This document shows positions 51,153-64,000 of a stretch of DNA of 64,000 nt, in pieces (positions within the stretch are counted from its first letter, which is position 1; each line of letters opens with the position of its first letter). Source of the DNA: Gammaproteobacteria bacterium AqS3 (GTDB lineage: Bacteria > Pseudomonadota > Gammaproteobacteria > MEIF01 > AqS3); contig MEIF01000228.1 in the NCBI GenBank assembly GCA_001750645.1, positions 7,236 through 71,235 of the forward strand. The letters are read 5' to 3'. A model generated the notes under the pieces. It did not search any database and had not been told where the DNA came from. It worked only from the letters and a program-made list of their open reading frames with translations. The translations under genes were made by a program, and so were the position numbers.

Positions 51153-51635
51153 ATGAACATCAACCTCACCCTTCTGGGCCAGGCCATTGCCTTCACCGTC
51201 TTGGTGGCGATGTGCATGCGCTACATCTGGCCCGTGCTGCGCACCATGCTCGATGAGCGCGCGGCTCGCATCGAGGAGGGCCTGGCCGCCTCCGATGCCG
51301 CCGTGGTCGAGCTGGAGCGCGCCCGTCAGGAGGGCGAGCAGATTCGCGAACAGGCCCGCCAAGAGGCGAGCGAGATTGTCGCCGCGGCCAACCGCCGCGC
51401 CAATCAGCGCCTCGACGAGGCCAAGGGCAGGGCCGAGGCCGAGGCCGCGCGCATCGTCGAGGAGGCCAATGCAGAGGTTGATCTGGCGGTGCGCCAGGCG
51501 CGTGAAGATCTGCGCAAGGAATTGTCCGATCTGGTGGTCGACGGGTCGGAGAAGCTCCTCGGCGACGAGCTCGCCCATTCGGACGCCCAGAAAAGGCTCC
51601 TCAAGCGTCTCGCCGAGGGCGGCGCCCGTGGCTGA
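51153..51635 (+). CDS. atpF: F0F1 ATP synthase subunit b
   Basis: There is an N-terminal TM helix and a long charged coiled coil. Confidence 0.85.
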   Translation: MNINLTLLGQAIAFTVLVAMCMRYIWPVLRTMLDERAARIEEGLAASDAAVVELERARQEGEQIREQARQEASEIVAAANRRANQRLDEAKGRAEAEAARIVEEANAEVDLAVRQAREDLRKELSDLVVDGSEKLLGDELAHSDAQKRLLKRLAEGGARG

Positions 51636-52167
51636 GCCTCGCACCCTGGCCCGGCCCTATGCCCGAGCCGCATTTGCGGTCGGTCGGACCGAGGCCGAGC
51701 TCTGGCAGAGGGGCCTGGACACCCTGTCTGCGGCGATGACCGACGCCAGGCTGAGGCATCTGATCCAGTCCGCCGCCGATGAGGCCGGCCAGCTGGTGTT
51801 CAAGCTCCAGGGCCTGCTGGATGCGGATCTGATCGGCAGCAAGTTCACCAGCCTGCTGCACCTGCTGGTGCGCAACAAGCGCCTCAACCTCATCGGCGAG
51901 ATCGCCGAGCAGTTTCGCCAGATGACGCTGGACGAGCAGGGCGTTCGCATCGTCGAGGTCGCCACAGCGCACGCCCTGGACCGGGACGAGCGCAGCCAGC
52001 TCGGCCGAAGGCTCTCCGACTGGTTTGAGGGCAAGCTGATGCTGGACTGGCGTGAAGACCCTGAACTCTTGGGCGGGTTCACCGCCCGCAGCGGCGACAC
52101 CGCCATTGACGCCTCAATCGCCGGTCGTCTGCGGCGGCTGGCCAGAGCACTTAAACAGACCACCTGA
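51628..52167 (+). CDS. atpH: F0F1 ATP synthase subunit delta
   Basis: A GTG start overlaps the atpF stop. The OSCP/delta fold sequence is (V)AEPRTLARPYARAAF...ASIAGRLRRLARAL. The long track ORF 51187..52167 has a spurious N-terminal extension across atpF in another frame. Confidence 0.8.
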   Translation: MAEPRTLARPYARAAFAVGRTEAELWQRGLDTLSAAMTDARLRHLIQSAADEAGQLVFKLQGLLDADLIGSKFTSLLHLLVRNKRLNLIGEIAEQFRQMTLDEQGVRIVEVATAHALDRDERSQLGRRLSDWFEGKLMLDWREDPELLGGFTARSGDTAIDASIAGRLRRLARALKQTT

Positions 52168-52179
52168 GGAGGAGCAAGG

Positions 52180-53727
<1,548 letters not shown>

Positions 53728-53736
53728 GGTTGTAAC

Positions 53737-54600
53737 GTGTCCAACATCAAGGAAGTTCGCAAGCAGATCGGCAGCATCCAGAGCACGCAGAAGATCACGC
53801 GCGCCATGGAGATGGTCGCCGCCAGCAAGATGCGCAAGACCCAGCAGCGCATGTCTGATGGCCGGCCCTACTCCGACGCCCTCAGGCGCATCATCCGGCA
53901 CCTGGCTGCGGCACAGGCCGAGTATCGCAGCGAGTACATGCAGGTGCGCGAGGTTCGCCGCGCCGCATTCCTGATTGTCTCGACCGACAAGGGGCTGTGC
54001 GGCGGACTCAACATCAACCTGTTTCGGCGCGTGGTGCAGCGCATGCGGGAGCAGGACGAGGCCGGCGTCGAGGTGGTCACCATGCTGCTGGGAGCCAAGG
54101 CCGAGGCGTTCTTCCGCAACAGCGAGGTGCTCTCGAGCGCCAGCCGGCTGGGCGAGGCCCCCTCGATCGAGGCGCTGCTGGGGGCGCTGCACGCCGGGCT
54201 GTCGGCCTACCGGGCGGGCGAGATCGACAGCATCCACCTGTGCGGAAACCACTTCGTCAACACCATGACCCAGACCCCCTACTGCGAGCAGCTGCTGCCG
54301 CTGCCGCTGGAGGCGGGGGTGGACGCCGCCGAGCGCCCCGGGCACTGGGACTACATCTACGAACCCGAGGCATCCGAGATTCTTGACGCTCTGGTGCCCC
54401 GCTACATCGAGGCGCTGGTCTATCAGGCCGTGATCGAGAACGGTGCATGCGAGCAAGCAGCAAAAATGCTTGCAATGAAAAACGCCAGCGAAAATGCCGG
54501 CAACCTGATTGATGACCTTCAGCTGCTCTACAACAATGCGCGGCAGGCGGCCATCACCCAAGAGTTGTCTGAGATTGTCGGCGGTGCGGCGGCGGTATAG
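53737..54600 (+). CDS. atpG: F0F1 ATP synthase subunit gamma
   Basis: The conserved N-terminus is MSNIKEVRKQIGSIQSTQKITRAMEMVAASKMRK. The C-terminus is ITQELSEIVGGAAAV. Confidence 0.9.
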   Translation: MSNIKEVRKQIGSIQSTQKITRAMEMVAASKMRKTQQRMSDGRPYSDALRRIIRHLAAAQAEYRSEYMQVREVRRAAFLIVSTDKGLCGGLNINLFRRVVQRMREQDEAGVEVVTMLLGAKAEAFFRNSEVLSSASRLGEAPSIEALLGALHAGLSAYRAGEIDSIHLCGNHFVNTMTQTPYCEQLLPLPLEAGVDAAERPGHWDYIYEPEASEILDALVPRYIEALVYQAVIENGACEQAAKMLAMKNASENAGNLIDDLQLLYNNARQAAITQELSEIVGGAAAV

Positions 54601-56414
<1,814 letters not shown>

Positions 56415-56460
56415 TGGGCACGGCGGCGAAACTGCCGGGAACGGGTCCTAGCGACCGCCG

Positions 56461-57855
56461 GTGCACGAGCCCTGCGGAGTCGGGGGCGTGAAACACACCG
56501 ACATCATCATCCTCGCCGGCGGCAGCGGCACCCGCATGCACGGCGGCGCCCCCAAGCCGCTGCGGCGTCTGGGCGGCGGCACCATGCTGGGCGAGGTGCT
56601 GCGAAGTGCGCGGGCGCTCGGCGGGCCCGAGCCCGTGGTCGTCGTCAATCCGGCACAGCCTGAGGTCGTCGAGTTTGTGCGACATTCGGGGGCGCACCTG
56701 GCCGAGCAGCCGGCGCCCAAGGGCACGGGCGATGCGGTGCGCTGCGCACTGGATCAGTGCAGCGGCGAGTCCGTTCTGGTGCTCTATGCCGACATGCCGA
56801 TGGTGCATCCGCAGACGCTGCGGCGCCTGCTTGAATGCGGGAGCGCCGAACCCGGAGAGGCGCTGGTGCTGCTGACTGCCGAGCTGCCGGATCCGGCGCG
56901 CTACGGCAGGGTCGTGCGGGATGCCGAGGCCCGGGTGAGCTGCATTGTTGAATACGCCGACGCCTCCCCGGCCGAGCAGGGCATCAGGGAGATCTTCACC
57001 GGCGTGCTGCTCGCGGATCGCGATCTTCTGGTGCGCTCACTCGACAGGCTTGACAGCCAAAATCAGCAGGGCGAGTTTTACCTGACCGACATCGTCGGCC
57101 ACGCCGTCGCCGAGGGCGTCGTCCCCGCCGCACTGCAGGTGGCCGACAGCGGCGAGGCGGCGGGCGCCAACACGCTCTCAGAGCTGGTGCGAATGGAGCG
57201 CCTCTGGCAGCGCCGGACCGCCGAGCGCCTGCTCGACGACGGGCTGGAAATCGCCGACCCGGTGCGGTTTGACCTGCGCGGCGAGTTGCTCCACGGCGCC
57301 GGCTGCCGCATTGACGTCGGCGCCGTGCTGGAAGGACGCATTGTCCTGGGTGACGGGGTCCGCATCGGTGCACACGCGGTGCTGCGGGATGTCGAGCTGG
57401 GCGATGGCACCGAGGTTCTGCCGCACTCGGTGCTCGAGGGCGTCACCGCCCAGGGCAACTGCCGCATCGGGCCCTTTGCCAGGCTGCGTCCCCGCACCCA
57501 CCTCAGCGAGGGCGCCCGCATCGGAAATTTCGTCGAGACCAAAAACACGCACATCGGCGCCGGCAGCAAGGCCAGCCATCTGAGCTACATCGGCGACCTG
57601 TCGGTGGGCGCCTCGGCCAACATCGGCGCCGGCGTGATCCACTGCAACTACGACGGTCGCAGCAAGCACCAGAGCGCGCTCGGCGACGGCGCCTTCATCG
57701 GCTCCAACGCATCGCTGATCGGCCCGGTGCAGATCGGGGAGCACGCCTACGTGGCCGCCGGCTCCGCGATCAATAAGGACGTTGAGCCGGAGTCCCTGGG
57801 TGTGGCGCGCGCGCGCCAGAGGAATGTCCCCGACTGGAAGAGAGAGCCTGAGTAG
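56461..57855 (+). CDS. glmU: Bifunctional UDP-N-acetylglucosamine pyrophosphorylase / GlcN-1-P acetyltransferase GlmU
   Basis: The N-terminal LAGGSGTRM nucleotidyltransferase motif is present. C-terminal left-handed beta-helix hexapeptide repeats are present. The true start may be the GTG near 56491. Confidence 0.9.
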   Translation: MHEPCGVGGVKHTDIIILAGGSGTRMHGGAPKPLRRLGGGTMLGEVLRSARALGGPEPVVVVNPAQPEVVEFVRHSGAHLAEQPAPKGTGDAVRCALDQCSGESVLVLYADMPMVHPQTLRRLLECGSAEPGEALVLLTAELPDPARYGRVVRDAEARVSCIVEYADASPAEQGIREIFTGVLLADRDLLVRSLDRLDSQNQQGEFYLTDIVGHAVAEGVVPAALQVADSGEAAGANTLSELVRMERLWQRRTAERLLDDGLEIADPVRFDLRGELLHGAGCRIDVGAVLEGRIVLGDGVRIGAHAVLRDVELGDGTEVLPHSVLEGVTAQGNCRIGPFARLRPRTHLSEGARIGNFVETKNTHIGAGSKASHLSYIGDLSVGASANIGAGVIHCNYDGRSKHQSALGDGAFIGSNASLIGPVQIGEHAYVAAGSAINKDVEPESLGVARARQRNVPDWKREPE

Positions 57856-57870
57856 CTCGGCGTCCGCCCC

Positions 57871-59391
57871 GTGCCGGTGAGGAGCGTCCACCGTGCATTT
57901 GCCGCCGCATTCACTGCGCTGATCCTGCTGCCCATCGGCGCCCTGCTCTACGAGGGATTCAGCGGCGAGGCCGAGGGCATTTCTGCCGGGCATCTGTGGG
58001 GGCTGGGGGCGGACACGCTGATCTTGGCCGGGTCTGTCGCCCTGGCCGGTGCGCTGATCGGCGCCGCCTGTGCACTCACAGTCGCGCTATTCGATTTTCC
58101 CGGGCGGGGAATTCTCCAGTGGGCGCTGGCCATCCCCCTGACCGTGCCGGCTTATGTTCTGGGCTACGTCTTCGTCGCCCTGGCCGAGACCCCCCATGGG
58201 CGCACCTGGCTGCCCGGCTTTCGCGAGCACTGGGGGATATTCCTGGTGCTGGCGGCTTCGCTGTATCCCTACTCCTACCTGTTTGTCCGCTCCGTCATGG
58301 GCGCCCGCGAGCGCGGTCAGATCGACGCCGCCCGGGCGCTCGGAACGGCTCCGGTTCAGGTGCTCGGCCGCGTCATCGCCCCGCGCATCCGGCGCGCGCT
58401 GCTGGCTGCCGGGGCGGTGATCTTCGTCGAAGTCGTCGCCGATCTCGGCACTGTGGCGGTATTCAATTACGACACCCTGACGACGGGGATTTTCCAGGCT
58501 TGGCACGGCATGTTCTCCTTCCAGGCGGCGGTTCAGCTGGGCTCTCTGCTGCTGCTGATCGCCGCCGTGCTGATCGGGCTCGAGGCGGCCCTGGTCCCGT
58601 CCAAAGGCAGCGAGGAGAGCCGCACCCTGGAGCACCCGCACCTGCGCCTCGGCCGGGGGGCAGGCTGGACGGTCAGCGCTCTGCTGTGGACCTGGCTGGG
58701 GCTCATCAGCGCCGCCCCGCTGTTGCAGCTCCTGGTCTGGGGGCTGGGGCAGATCGATCACATCGGCGAGTGGCTCGGCGTGTTCACGGCCACGGCGGTG
58801 CTGGCCGTGCTCAGCGCCCTCATCCTGACCGGCTGTGCGCTGCTGCTGGTCTGGGGGGCTGTGCGCCGGTGCGACCGGGTTTCCGCCGCCGCCGTGCGGC
58901 TGGGTCTGCTGGGCTATGGCATCCCCGGAGCGGTGCTGGCGGTGGGGCTGCTGATCGCCCTTGGCCCGCTGGGTCTGATCGGCAGCCTTGCGGGACTGCT
59001 GGCGGCCTACCTGATTAGATTCTCCGGTCCGCTGCTGCGCCTGCTGGAGGGGCCGGTTCACCAGCTGGGAACGCTCCACGAAGAGGCGGCGCAGGTGCTC
59101 GGCGAGCCTCGGGTGATGCGCCGCATCGCCCTGCCGCTGCTGAGGGGGCCGCTGCTGCTGGGGGCGGTGCTGGCGCTGATCGAGGTGGTCAAGGAAATGC
59201 CGATGACGCTGATCCTGCGCCCGCTCGGCTGGGACACCCTGGCGGTCAAGCTTTACGGACTCACCGTCGAGGGTGAATGGCAGGCGGCGGCGCTCCCGGC
59301 GCTTCTTCTTCTGCTGCTCGGGGCGCTGCCGATGTGGCTGCTGCAGTGGTCGCAGCGCCGCTCCGAGTGGCTGCCTGTCCGGTCGCTATAA
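57871..59391 (+). CDS. ABC transporter permease with duplicated transmembrane domains (FbpB/ThiP-like)
   Basis: There are two BPD-transporter repeats, each with an EAA-like loop (ARALGTAPVQVLGRVIAPRIRRAL and EAAQVLGEPRVMRRIALPLLRGP). No ATPase or binding-protein genes are adjacent. Confidence 0.7.
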   Translation: MPVRSVHRAFAAAFTALILLPIGALLYEGFSGEAEGISAGHLWGLGADTLILAGSVALAGALIGAACALTVALFDFPGRGILQWALAIPLTVPAYVLGYVFVALAETPHGRTWLPGFREHWGIFLVLAASLYPYSYLFVRSVMGARERGQIDAARALGTAPVQVLGRVIAPRIRRALLAAGAVIFVEVVADLGTVAVFNYDTLTTGIFQAWHGMFSFQAAVQLGSLLLLIAAVLIGLEAALVPSKGSEESRTLEHPHLRLGRGAGWTVSALLWTWLGLISAAPLLQLLVWGLGQIDHIGEWLGVFTATAVLAVLSALILTGCALLLVWGAVRRCDRVSAAAVRLGLLGYGIPGAVLAVGLLIALGPLGLIGSLAGLLAAYLIRFSGPLLRLLEGPVHQLGTLHEEAAQVLGEPRVMRRIALPLLRGPLLLGAVLALIEVVKEMPMTLILRPLGWDTLAVKLYGLTVEGEWQAAALPALLLLLLGALPMWLLQWSQRRSEWLPVRSL

Positions 59392-59416
59392 TCGCCCGCC
59401 GCCGCCCAGAGGCCAG

Positions 59417-60518
59417 GGTGCGCAAGACCCGATTGAACCTGCAGCACCGACGCACCGGGGCCAAGATGGTCGATTTCGCAGGCTGGGAAATGCCGCTTCA
59501 CTACGGCTCGCAGGTCCAGGAGCACCGCAGCGTGCGCCGCTCCGCCGGGTTGTTTGACGTCTCCCACATGGCCGTGGTCGATGTCCCCGCAGACTGCTCC
59601 GAGGCGCTGCACCGGCTGTTTGCCAACGACCTGAACCGACTGGCGGCACCCGGTCAGGCGCTCTACACCGCCATGCTCAATGCCTCCGGGGGAGTGATTG
59701 ACGACCTCATCGTCTACCGCCTGGGGTCGTGCTATCGGATGGTCTTCAATGCCGCGCGCGAGCGCACCGACCTCGCCCACCTGCACCGGCATTTGCCCGA
59801 GGCCGCTGTGCGGCTGCGCCGCGACCTCAATATCCTGGCGCTGCAGGGTCCCGAGGCGGGGTCGATCCTCGGGCGCGCCCGGCCCGATCTGGCCGAGGCG
59901 ATTGACGGGGCCGGGCCTTTTCGCTGCGCCCAGGTCGGCGAGGCGCTGATCGGCACCACCGGCTACACCGGCGAGGCCGGCTTTGAGCTCATCGTTCCCG
60001 CAGAGCGGGCCGAGGCGCTCTGGGCGGAGTTGACCCGGGCCGGCGCCGCACCGGTCGGACTGGCGGCGCGCGACACCCTGAGGCTGGAGGCCGGGCTCAA
60101 CCTCTACGGCCACGAAATGGACGAGGGCATTCATCCGATGCGCGCCAATCTGGGCTGGAGCATTCCGCTCGACCGGCACAGCGACTTCATCGGCTCCGAG
60201 GCGGTCCGGGATCGGGCTCCGGCGCTGGATGACCGGCTCGCCGGGCTGGTGCTGGAAGGTCGAGGTGTCCTGCGCCAGGGCCAGCGGCTGTTTGCCGACG
60301 GCGCCGACATTGAGCAGGATTCCCCCTGCGGAATCGTCACCAGCGGGGGCTTCTCGCCGACCCTGGAGTGCTCGATTGCCCTGGCGCGAATCGGCTGTGC
60401 TGTTGAGCGCACCTGCGCCGTTGAAATCCGCGGCCGCCTTGAGGCGGTGCGCATCGTCCGGCCCCGCTTTGTCTGGCGCGGCAAAAATGTGATCAAAGAT
60501 GAGGAGGCAACACCATGA
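59417..60518 (+). CDS. gcvT: Glycine cleavage system aminomethyltransferase T
   Basis: The sequence (V)RKTRLNLQH...GAKMVDFAGWEMPLHYGSQVQEH aligns with the E. coli GcvT N-terminus. The motifs LNASGGVIDDLIVY and TGYTGEAGFE are present. The start is assigned to the GTG at 59417, after the permease stop. Confidence 0.85.
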
Positions 60519-60892
60519 GCGATCTGCGTTTCACCGAAACCCACGAGTGGGCCCTACCGCAGGAGGACGGCAGCGTGCGCGTCGGCATCAGCCACTATGC
60601 ACAGGAGCAGCTCGGCGATGTGGTCTACACCGAGCTGCCCCAGGTCGGCAGCGTTCTTCAGGCCGGCGCCGTCGCCGGCGTGGTCGAGTCGGTCAAGGCC
60701 GCCTCCGACATCTACGCACCGCTCGCCGGTGAAGTGTCCGCAGTCAACGAGGCCCTTGAGGCCGCCCCGGAGACCGTCAACCAGGCCGCCGAAGCGGACG
60801 GCTGGCTGTTTCAGATCCGCCCCGAAGATTCGGCGGCGCTGGAGGGGCTGCTGGAGCGGGCCGCTTATGAGGATTTTCTCAGGGACAGCTAG
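60515..60892 (+). CDS. gcvH: Glycine cleavage system H protein (lipoyl carrier)
   Basis: The lipoyl-lysine motif ESVKAASD is present. The N-terminus is THEWA. Confidence 0.9.
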   Translation: MSDLRFTETHEWALPQEDGSVRVGISHYAQEQLGDVVYTELPQVGSVLQAGAVAGVVESVKAASDIYAPLAGEVSAVNEALEAAPETVNQAAEADGWLFQIRPEDSAALEGLLERAAYEDFLRDS

Positions 60893-61635
60893 GGGTCTTT
60901 GTTTTCGAGCTGCTCAATGAGCGCGCACATCACGGCGAGATCCTCGGGCTGGGTCAGCTTGCAGTTGGTGACCTCGCCCGCAACGGCGGCAATGGCTTCA
61001 TCCGGCATCGTCCGCATCAGCAGCGTGGCCTCGTCGGTGTTGTCCAGATCGGCGCCCGCCCTGCGGTAGGCTTCGAGGATCACGCCGAGGCGGAAGGCCT
61101 GCGGGGTCTGGCTGGTGTGCAGCAGCGACCGGGACGGCCCCGGAGCGAGCCGACCGTCCGGGGCATCGAGCATGACCACAGTGTCGGCCAGCGGCAGGAC
61201 GGGCACCGCCGCTCGGGCCTCCCGCAGGGCGTCGATGCAGGCCGAGACCAGCTCGGGGCTGGCCAGCGCCCGGGCGGCGTCGTGGATCAGCACGATGTCC
61301 TCGGCGGCCGCCCCGCTGTTCTGCAGATGCTCCAGGGCGGCCAGGCACGAGTGCGCCCGGCTCTCGCCGCCGGTGATGCACGCCGGCTGCGGTGCGTCCC
61401 TGAGCAGCGACCGGACTGCCGGGTCGTGCTTCGAGCGCACCACCAGAAGGCATTGATCGACCCGGTCGTGGCGAACCATCAGTCCGACAGAGCGGGCCAG
61501 GACACTCTGTCCCGCCAGGTGTTCGCCCAGTTTGGCCCGGCCAAAGCGCCTGGACTCTCCCGCCGCGAGCACGACACCGATTACGTTCGCCAAGGTGCCC
61601 TCCGGCTCAATCTCGCTGCCACCGCCTGAGGGCAT
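60889..61635 (-). CDS. ispD: 2-C-methyl-D-erythritol 4-phosphate cytidylyltransferase
   Basis: The motifs VVLAAGESRRFG and HDAAR are present. The 3' ends of this gene and gcvH overlap convergently. Confidence 0.8.
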   Translation of the reverse strand: MPSGGGSEIEPEGTLANVIGVVLAAGESRRFGRAKLGEHLAGQSVLARSVGLMVRHDRVDQCLLVVRSKHDPAVRSLLRDAPQPACITGGESRAHSCLAALEHLQNSGAAAEDIVLIHDAARALASPELVSACIDALREARAAVPVLPLADTVVMLDAPDGRLAPGPSRSLLHTSQTPQAFRLGVILEAYRRAGADLDNTDEATLLMRTMPDEAIAAVAGEVTNCKLTQPEDLAVMCALIEQLENKDP

Positions 61636-61750
61636 TATCTAGGCGGTAGATGTGACAAGACATCTATATAATCGCCGGCGAACTATATTACGGTGTAGGC
61701 ACTCTAATTAACTGCACCGCCTGATATCAATTTTTAGATTGAGAGGTTTG

Positions 61751-64000
61751 ATGAAAACAACGACATATTTTTCCAGCTTGGGACTCCTGCTGGGTTCACT
61801 TTTTGCGATACCGCTTTACGTCCACGCTCAGGAGGGTGAGGACAGTTATGAGGCGAGCGACCTTGAGGAAATCGTGGTGCTGGGCACCCGACGAACAGAC
61901 CGAACCGTCACCGAATCCGCAGGCCCCATTGACATCTTCACCCCGGAACAGCTCAACAACTCGGTTCTGGGCGATTTTCGCGACACCCTGCGCAAGAACA
62001 TCCCCTCCTTCAACGTCACCCGCAACCCGCTCAGCGACGCCCCGTCGCTCTCCAGGCCGACCACGCTGCGCGGCCTTTCCCCCGACCACACGCTGATCCT
62101 GCTGAATGGCACGCGCCGGCACCGGGGCGCCATCGTTCACTACTCCTCGTTCACGGCGGTGACCCAGGGCTCGCAGCCGGTTGACTTTGGCGGGCTGCCG
62201 TCGATCGGCCTGGCGCGCCTTGAGGTTCTGCGCGACGGGGCCTCGGCGCAGTACGGCTCCGATGCCATCGCCGGGGTGATGAATGTCGTGCTGCGCGAGG
62301 ATGTCGACATCTTCGAGCTCAGGGTCGGCGGCGGCCTCTACGACCGCAAGAATGACGGCGAGAACAACAAGCTGCAGGCCTACGCCGGCTTTGCCATGCC
62401 GCGCGACGGCTTCCTGACCTTTGCACTGGAGGCCGACACCAGCGCACTGACCAGCCGCGGCCGGGAGCACCCCGGGGTCACCGCCCTCAAGGCCGACTCC
62501 GGCTCCGGCAGCGCCAAGTTCTACAACGACACCCGCCAGGCCAAGCCCGTTGCCGGCGATGCCAATGCCGCGACCTTGATATTCGGTGACGCCATTTTGA
62601 GTGATCCGACGGATCGGTCAAGCATTGTCGGCTTCGGAGCCATGCCCATTGACACCAGTCTGACCGGCAACCCCTACTCCGACAACCTGCCGACCATGAC
62701 CTGGGGCGATCCGGACACCAAGAATGCCCGCATGATGGTCAACTTCGGCTTTCAGATCAACGAGGACGCCCGCTTTTTCGCCAACCTGACGGCGGCTGAC
62801 ATGGAGGCCGAAATCGACTTTTACTGGCGCACCCCGATTGACCGCGGCGGCATCATCGACACTCCGGACATCCAGAGGGGGCGGGCGGTGAATTCCGGGG
62901 GAACCGGATTTCAAGATTATGACGATGCCACCTACGGCGCCAACAACACAAGAATCGCAGACAGCTATACCGAAGCCCAGCACAACGCCCTGCTGTATAT
63001 GGACGCTCGCGGGCTCTACCCCGGCGGATACGTGCCCATCATGGGCGGCGAGAGCGCAGATTCCTCCATGACCATCGGGGTCGAGGGCACCTACTCCGGC
63101 TGGGACTACAGGGTCACCCTCGGCGGCGGAACCAACACGATTGACTTCTTCCTGGGCAATTCAATCAACCCCTCGATATACCCCGAGAGCACGGTTCCCA
63201 TAACCGGGGATGATCGGGTCGAGGTCGGCTCGCAGGCGCACCGGGATGACTTGGCCAGGCGCGCGGCGGCCGCTCATACGGAATTTGACATCGGCTCGCT
63301 GGAGCAGGAAGAGGGCGCCCTGCACGTTGACTTCAGCAAGATCTTTGAGACCAAGACCGGCGAGCTCAGCCTCGCCTGGGGCTTTGAGGGGCGGCGCGAG
63401 ACCTATTCCATCGGTGCGGGCGAGCGCGCCGCCTGGGACTACACCCGGGACACCACTTATGGCGCCACGCAGGCAGAGAGAGATCGGCGCTGCCAAGAGG
63501 AGCGCGACAAAGCCGATGACCACCCGGACGGCAAGTACGTCGGCAAGGTCTGCAATGACCAGCTCTACAAGGGAATGGTGGTGGGCTCGCACGGGCTGCC
63601 CGGCTTTGCCCCCAGCGATGCCGGCTCCTGGAGCCGCACCGCAGTTGCCGCCTACGTCGACATGGAGGTCGACCTGAGCGCCGACACCGTGCTGGGCCTG
63701 GCCTACCGCGTTGAGGACTACGAAGACTTTGGGGAGACCCGCAACGGCAAGGTCTCGGTGACCTCTGCGGTGACCGAGCGCGTCAACTGGCGCAGCACCG
63801 CCAGCACCGGCTTCCGGGCTCCGACACTGGGTCAGTCGTGGACTTCGGTGACCCGCACCAATCTGGTCAGCGGGCAGCTGGTTCAGTCCGGGATACTTCC
63901 GCCGACCAGCGACGCCTCCCGGATCAAGGGCGCCAAGCCGCTGGAGCCGGAGACCTCGCGCAACATCAGCTTTGGCTTCACCGGCGAGCTGGGTGATCGG
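61751..64000 (+). CDS. TonB-dependent outer-membrane receptor, 3' end runs off window
   Basis: The product begins MKTTTYFSSLGLLLGSLFAIPLYVHA (signal peptide). A TonB box EEIVVLGTRR and a plug domain (LRGLSPDHTLILLNG, LEVLRDGASAQYGSDAIAGVMNVVL) are present. The frame is open to the window end. Confidence 0.8.
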   Translation, partial: MKTTTYFSSLGLLLGSLFAIPLYVHAQEGEDSYEASDLEEIVVLGTRRTDRTVTESAGPIDIFTPEQLNNSVLGDFRDTLRKNIPSFNVTRNPLSDAPSLSRPTTLRGLSPDHTLILLNGTRRHRGAIVHYSSFTAVTQGSQPVDFGGLPSIGLARLEVLRDGASAQYGSDAIAGVMNVVLREDVDIFELRVGGGLYDRKNDGENNKLQAYAGFAMPRDGFLTFALEADTSALTSRGREHPGVTALKADSGSGSAKFYNDTRQAKPVAGDANAATLIFGDAILSDPTDRSSIVGFGAMPIDTSLTGNPYSDNLPTMTWGDPDTKNARMMVNFGFQINEDARFFANLTAADMEAEIDFYWRTPIDRGGIIDTPDIQRGRAVNSGGTGFQDYDDATYGANNTRIADSYTEAQHNALLYMDARGLYPGGYVPIMGGESADSSMTIGVEGTYSGWDYRVTLGGGTNTIDFFLGNSINPSIYPESTVPITGDDRVEVGSQAHRDDLARRAAAAHTEFDIGSLEQEEGALHVDFSKIFETKTGELSLAWGFEGRRETYSIGAGERAAWDYTRDTTYGATQAERDRRCQEERDKADDHPDGKYVGKVCNDQLYKGMVVGSHGLPGFAPSDAGSWSRTAVAAYVDMEVDLSADTVLGLAYRVEDYEDFGETRNGKVSVTSAVTERVNWRSTASTGFRAPTLGQSWTSVTRTNLVSGQLVQSGILPPTSDASRIKGAKPLEPETSRNISFGFTGELGDR

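Noticed and set aside
51187-51627. N-terminal 147 codons of the 326-aa ORF containing atpH
   Set aside because: It is an out-of-frame overlap with atpF. Delta-subunit homology begins at the GTG overlapping the atpF stop.
59277-59416. Long N-terminal extension of the gcvT ORF (MAGGGAPGASSSAARG...)
   Set aside because: It overlaps the permease gene 3' end in another frame. GcvT homology starts at the GTG-encoded VRKTRLNLQH.

Overview
This is a high-GC window from a proteobacterial (probably gammaproteobacterial) chromosome that spans the replication-origin neighbourhood. The core backbone has dnaA-dnaN-recF-gyrB on the minus strand. On the plus strand it has rpmH-rnpA-yidD-yidC-mnmE, an AT-rich DnaA-box intergenic region that is the likely oriC, then mnmG-rsmG-parA-parB and the complete atpIBEFHAGDC operon. 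These are followed by glmU, an ABC permease, gcvTH, ispD and the start of a TonB-dependent receptor. Upstream lie dprA, def, fmt, rsmB, trkAH, yggX, mutY, a 2-hydroxyacid dehydrogenase, scpA, two acyl-CoA synthetase paralogs, an SPFH/NfeD pair, a NUDIX hydrolase and qor. Visibly AT-rich accessory DNA is embedded in this conserved backbone. (i) Around 2.5-7.1 kb there is a cassette-like tandem array. It consists of two diverged small 4-TM membrane-protein genes, each flanked by a ~94% identical copy of the 3' end of a neighbouring beta-rich OMP-like gene. The array is followed by the 5'-truncated OMP gene, an IS1595-family transposase remnant and a GmrSD-like type IV restriction gene interrupted by an in-frame TAA. 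(ii) Directly downstream of a tRNA-Ser(GGA) there is a defence island. It carries an EcoRII-like R-M pair (Dcm-type methylase plus EcoRII-homologous endonuclease), a 600-aa protein with a C-terminal HEPN-like Rx4HG motif and a KAP-family P-loop NTPase. (iii) A second module has an HTH-ImmA/IrrE metallopeptidase fusion overlapping a PIN-like (DUF4411-like) gene, followed by a class II Fic gene. Other notable details are as follows. Two perfect parS palindromes (TGTTCCACGTGGAACA) lie inside recF. A 192-bp unit is tandemly triplicated across the convergent junction of the dehydrogenase and gyrB genes and carries fragments of both gene ends. rnpA reads through into yidD with no stop. mutY lacks a canonical start codon. 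A telomere-like G4T2-4 G-quadruplex motif lies upstream of the NUDIX gene. A 26-bp perfect palindrome lies in the putative oriC. Many long ORFs on the track are antisense GC-artefacts and were rejected.
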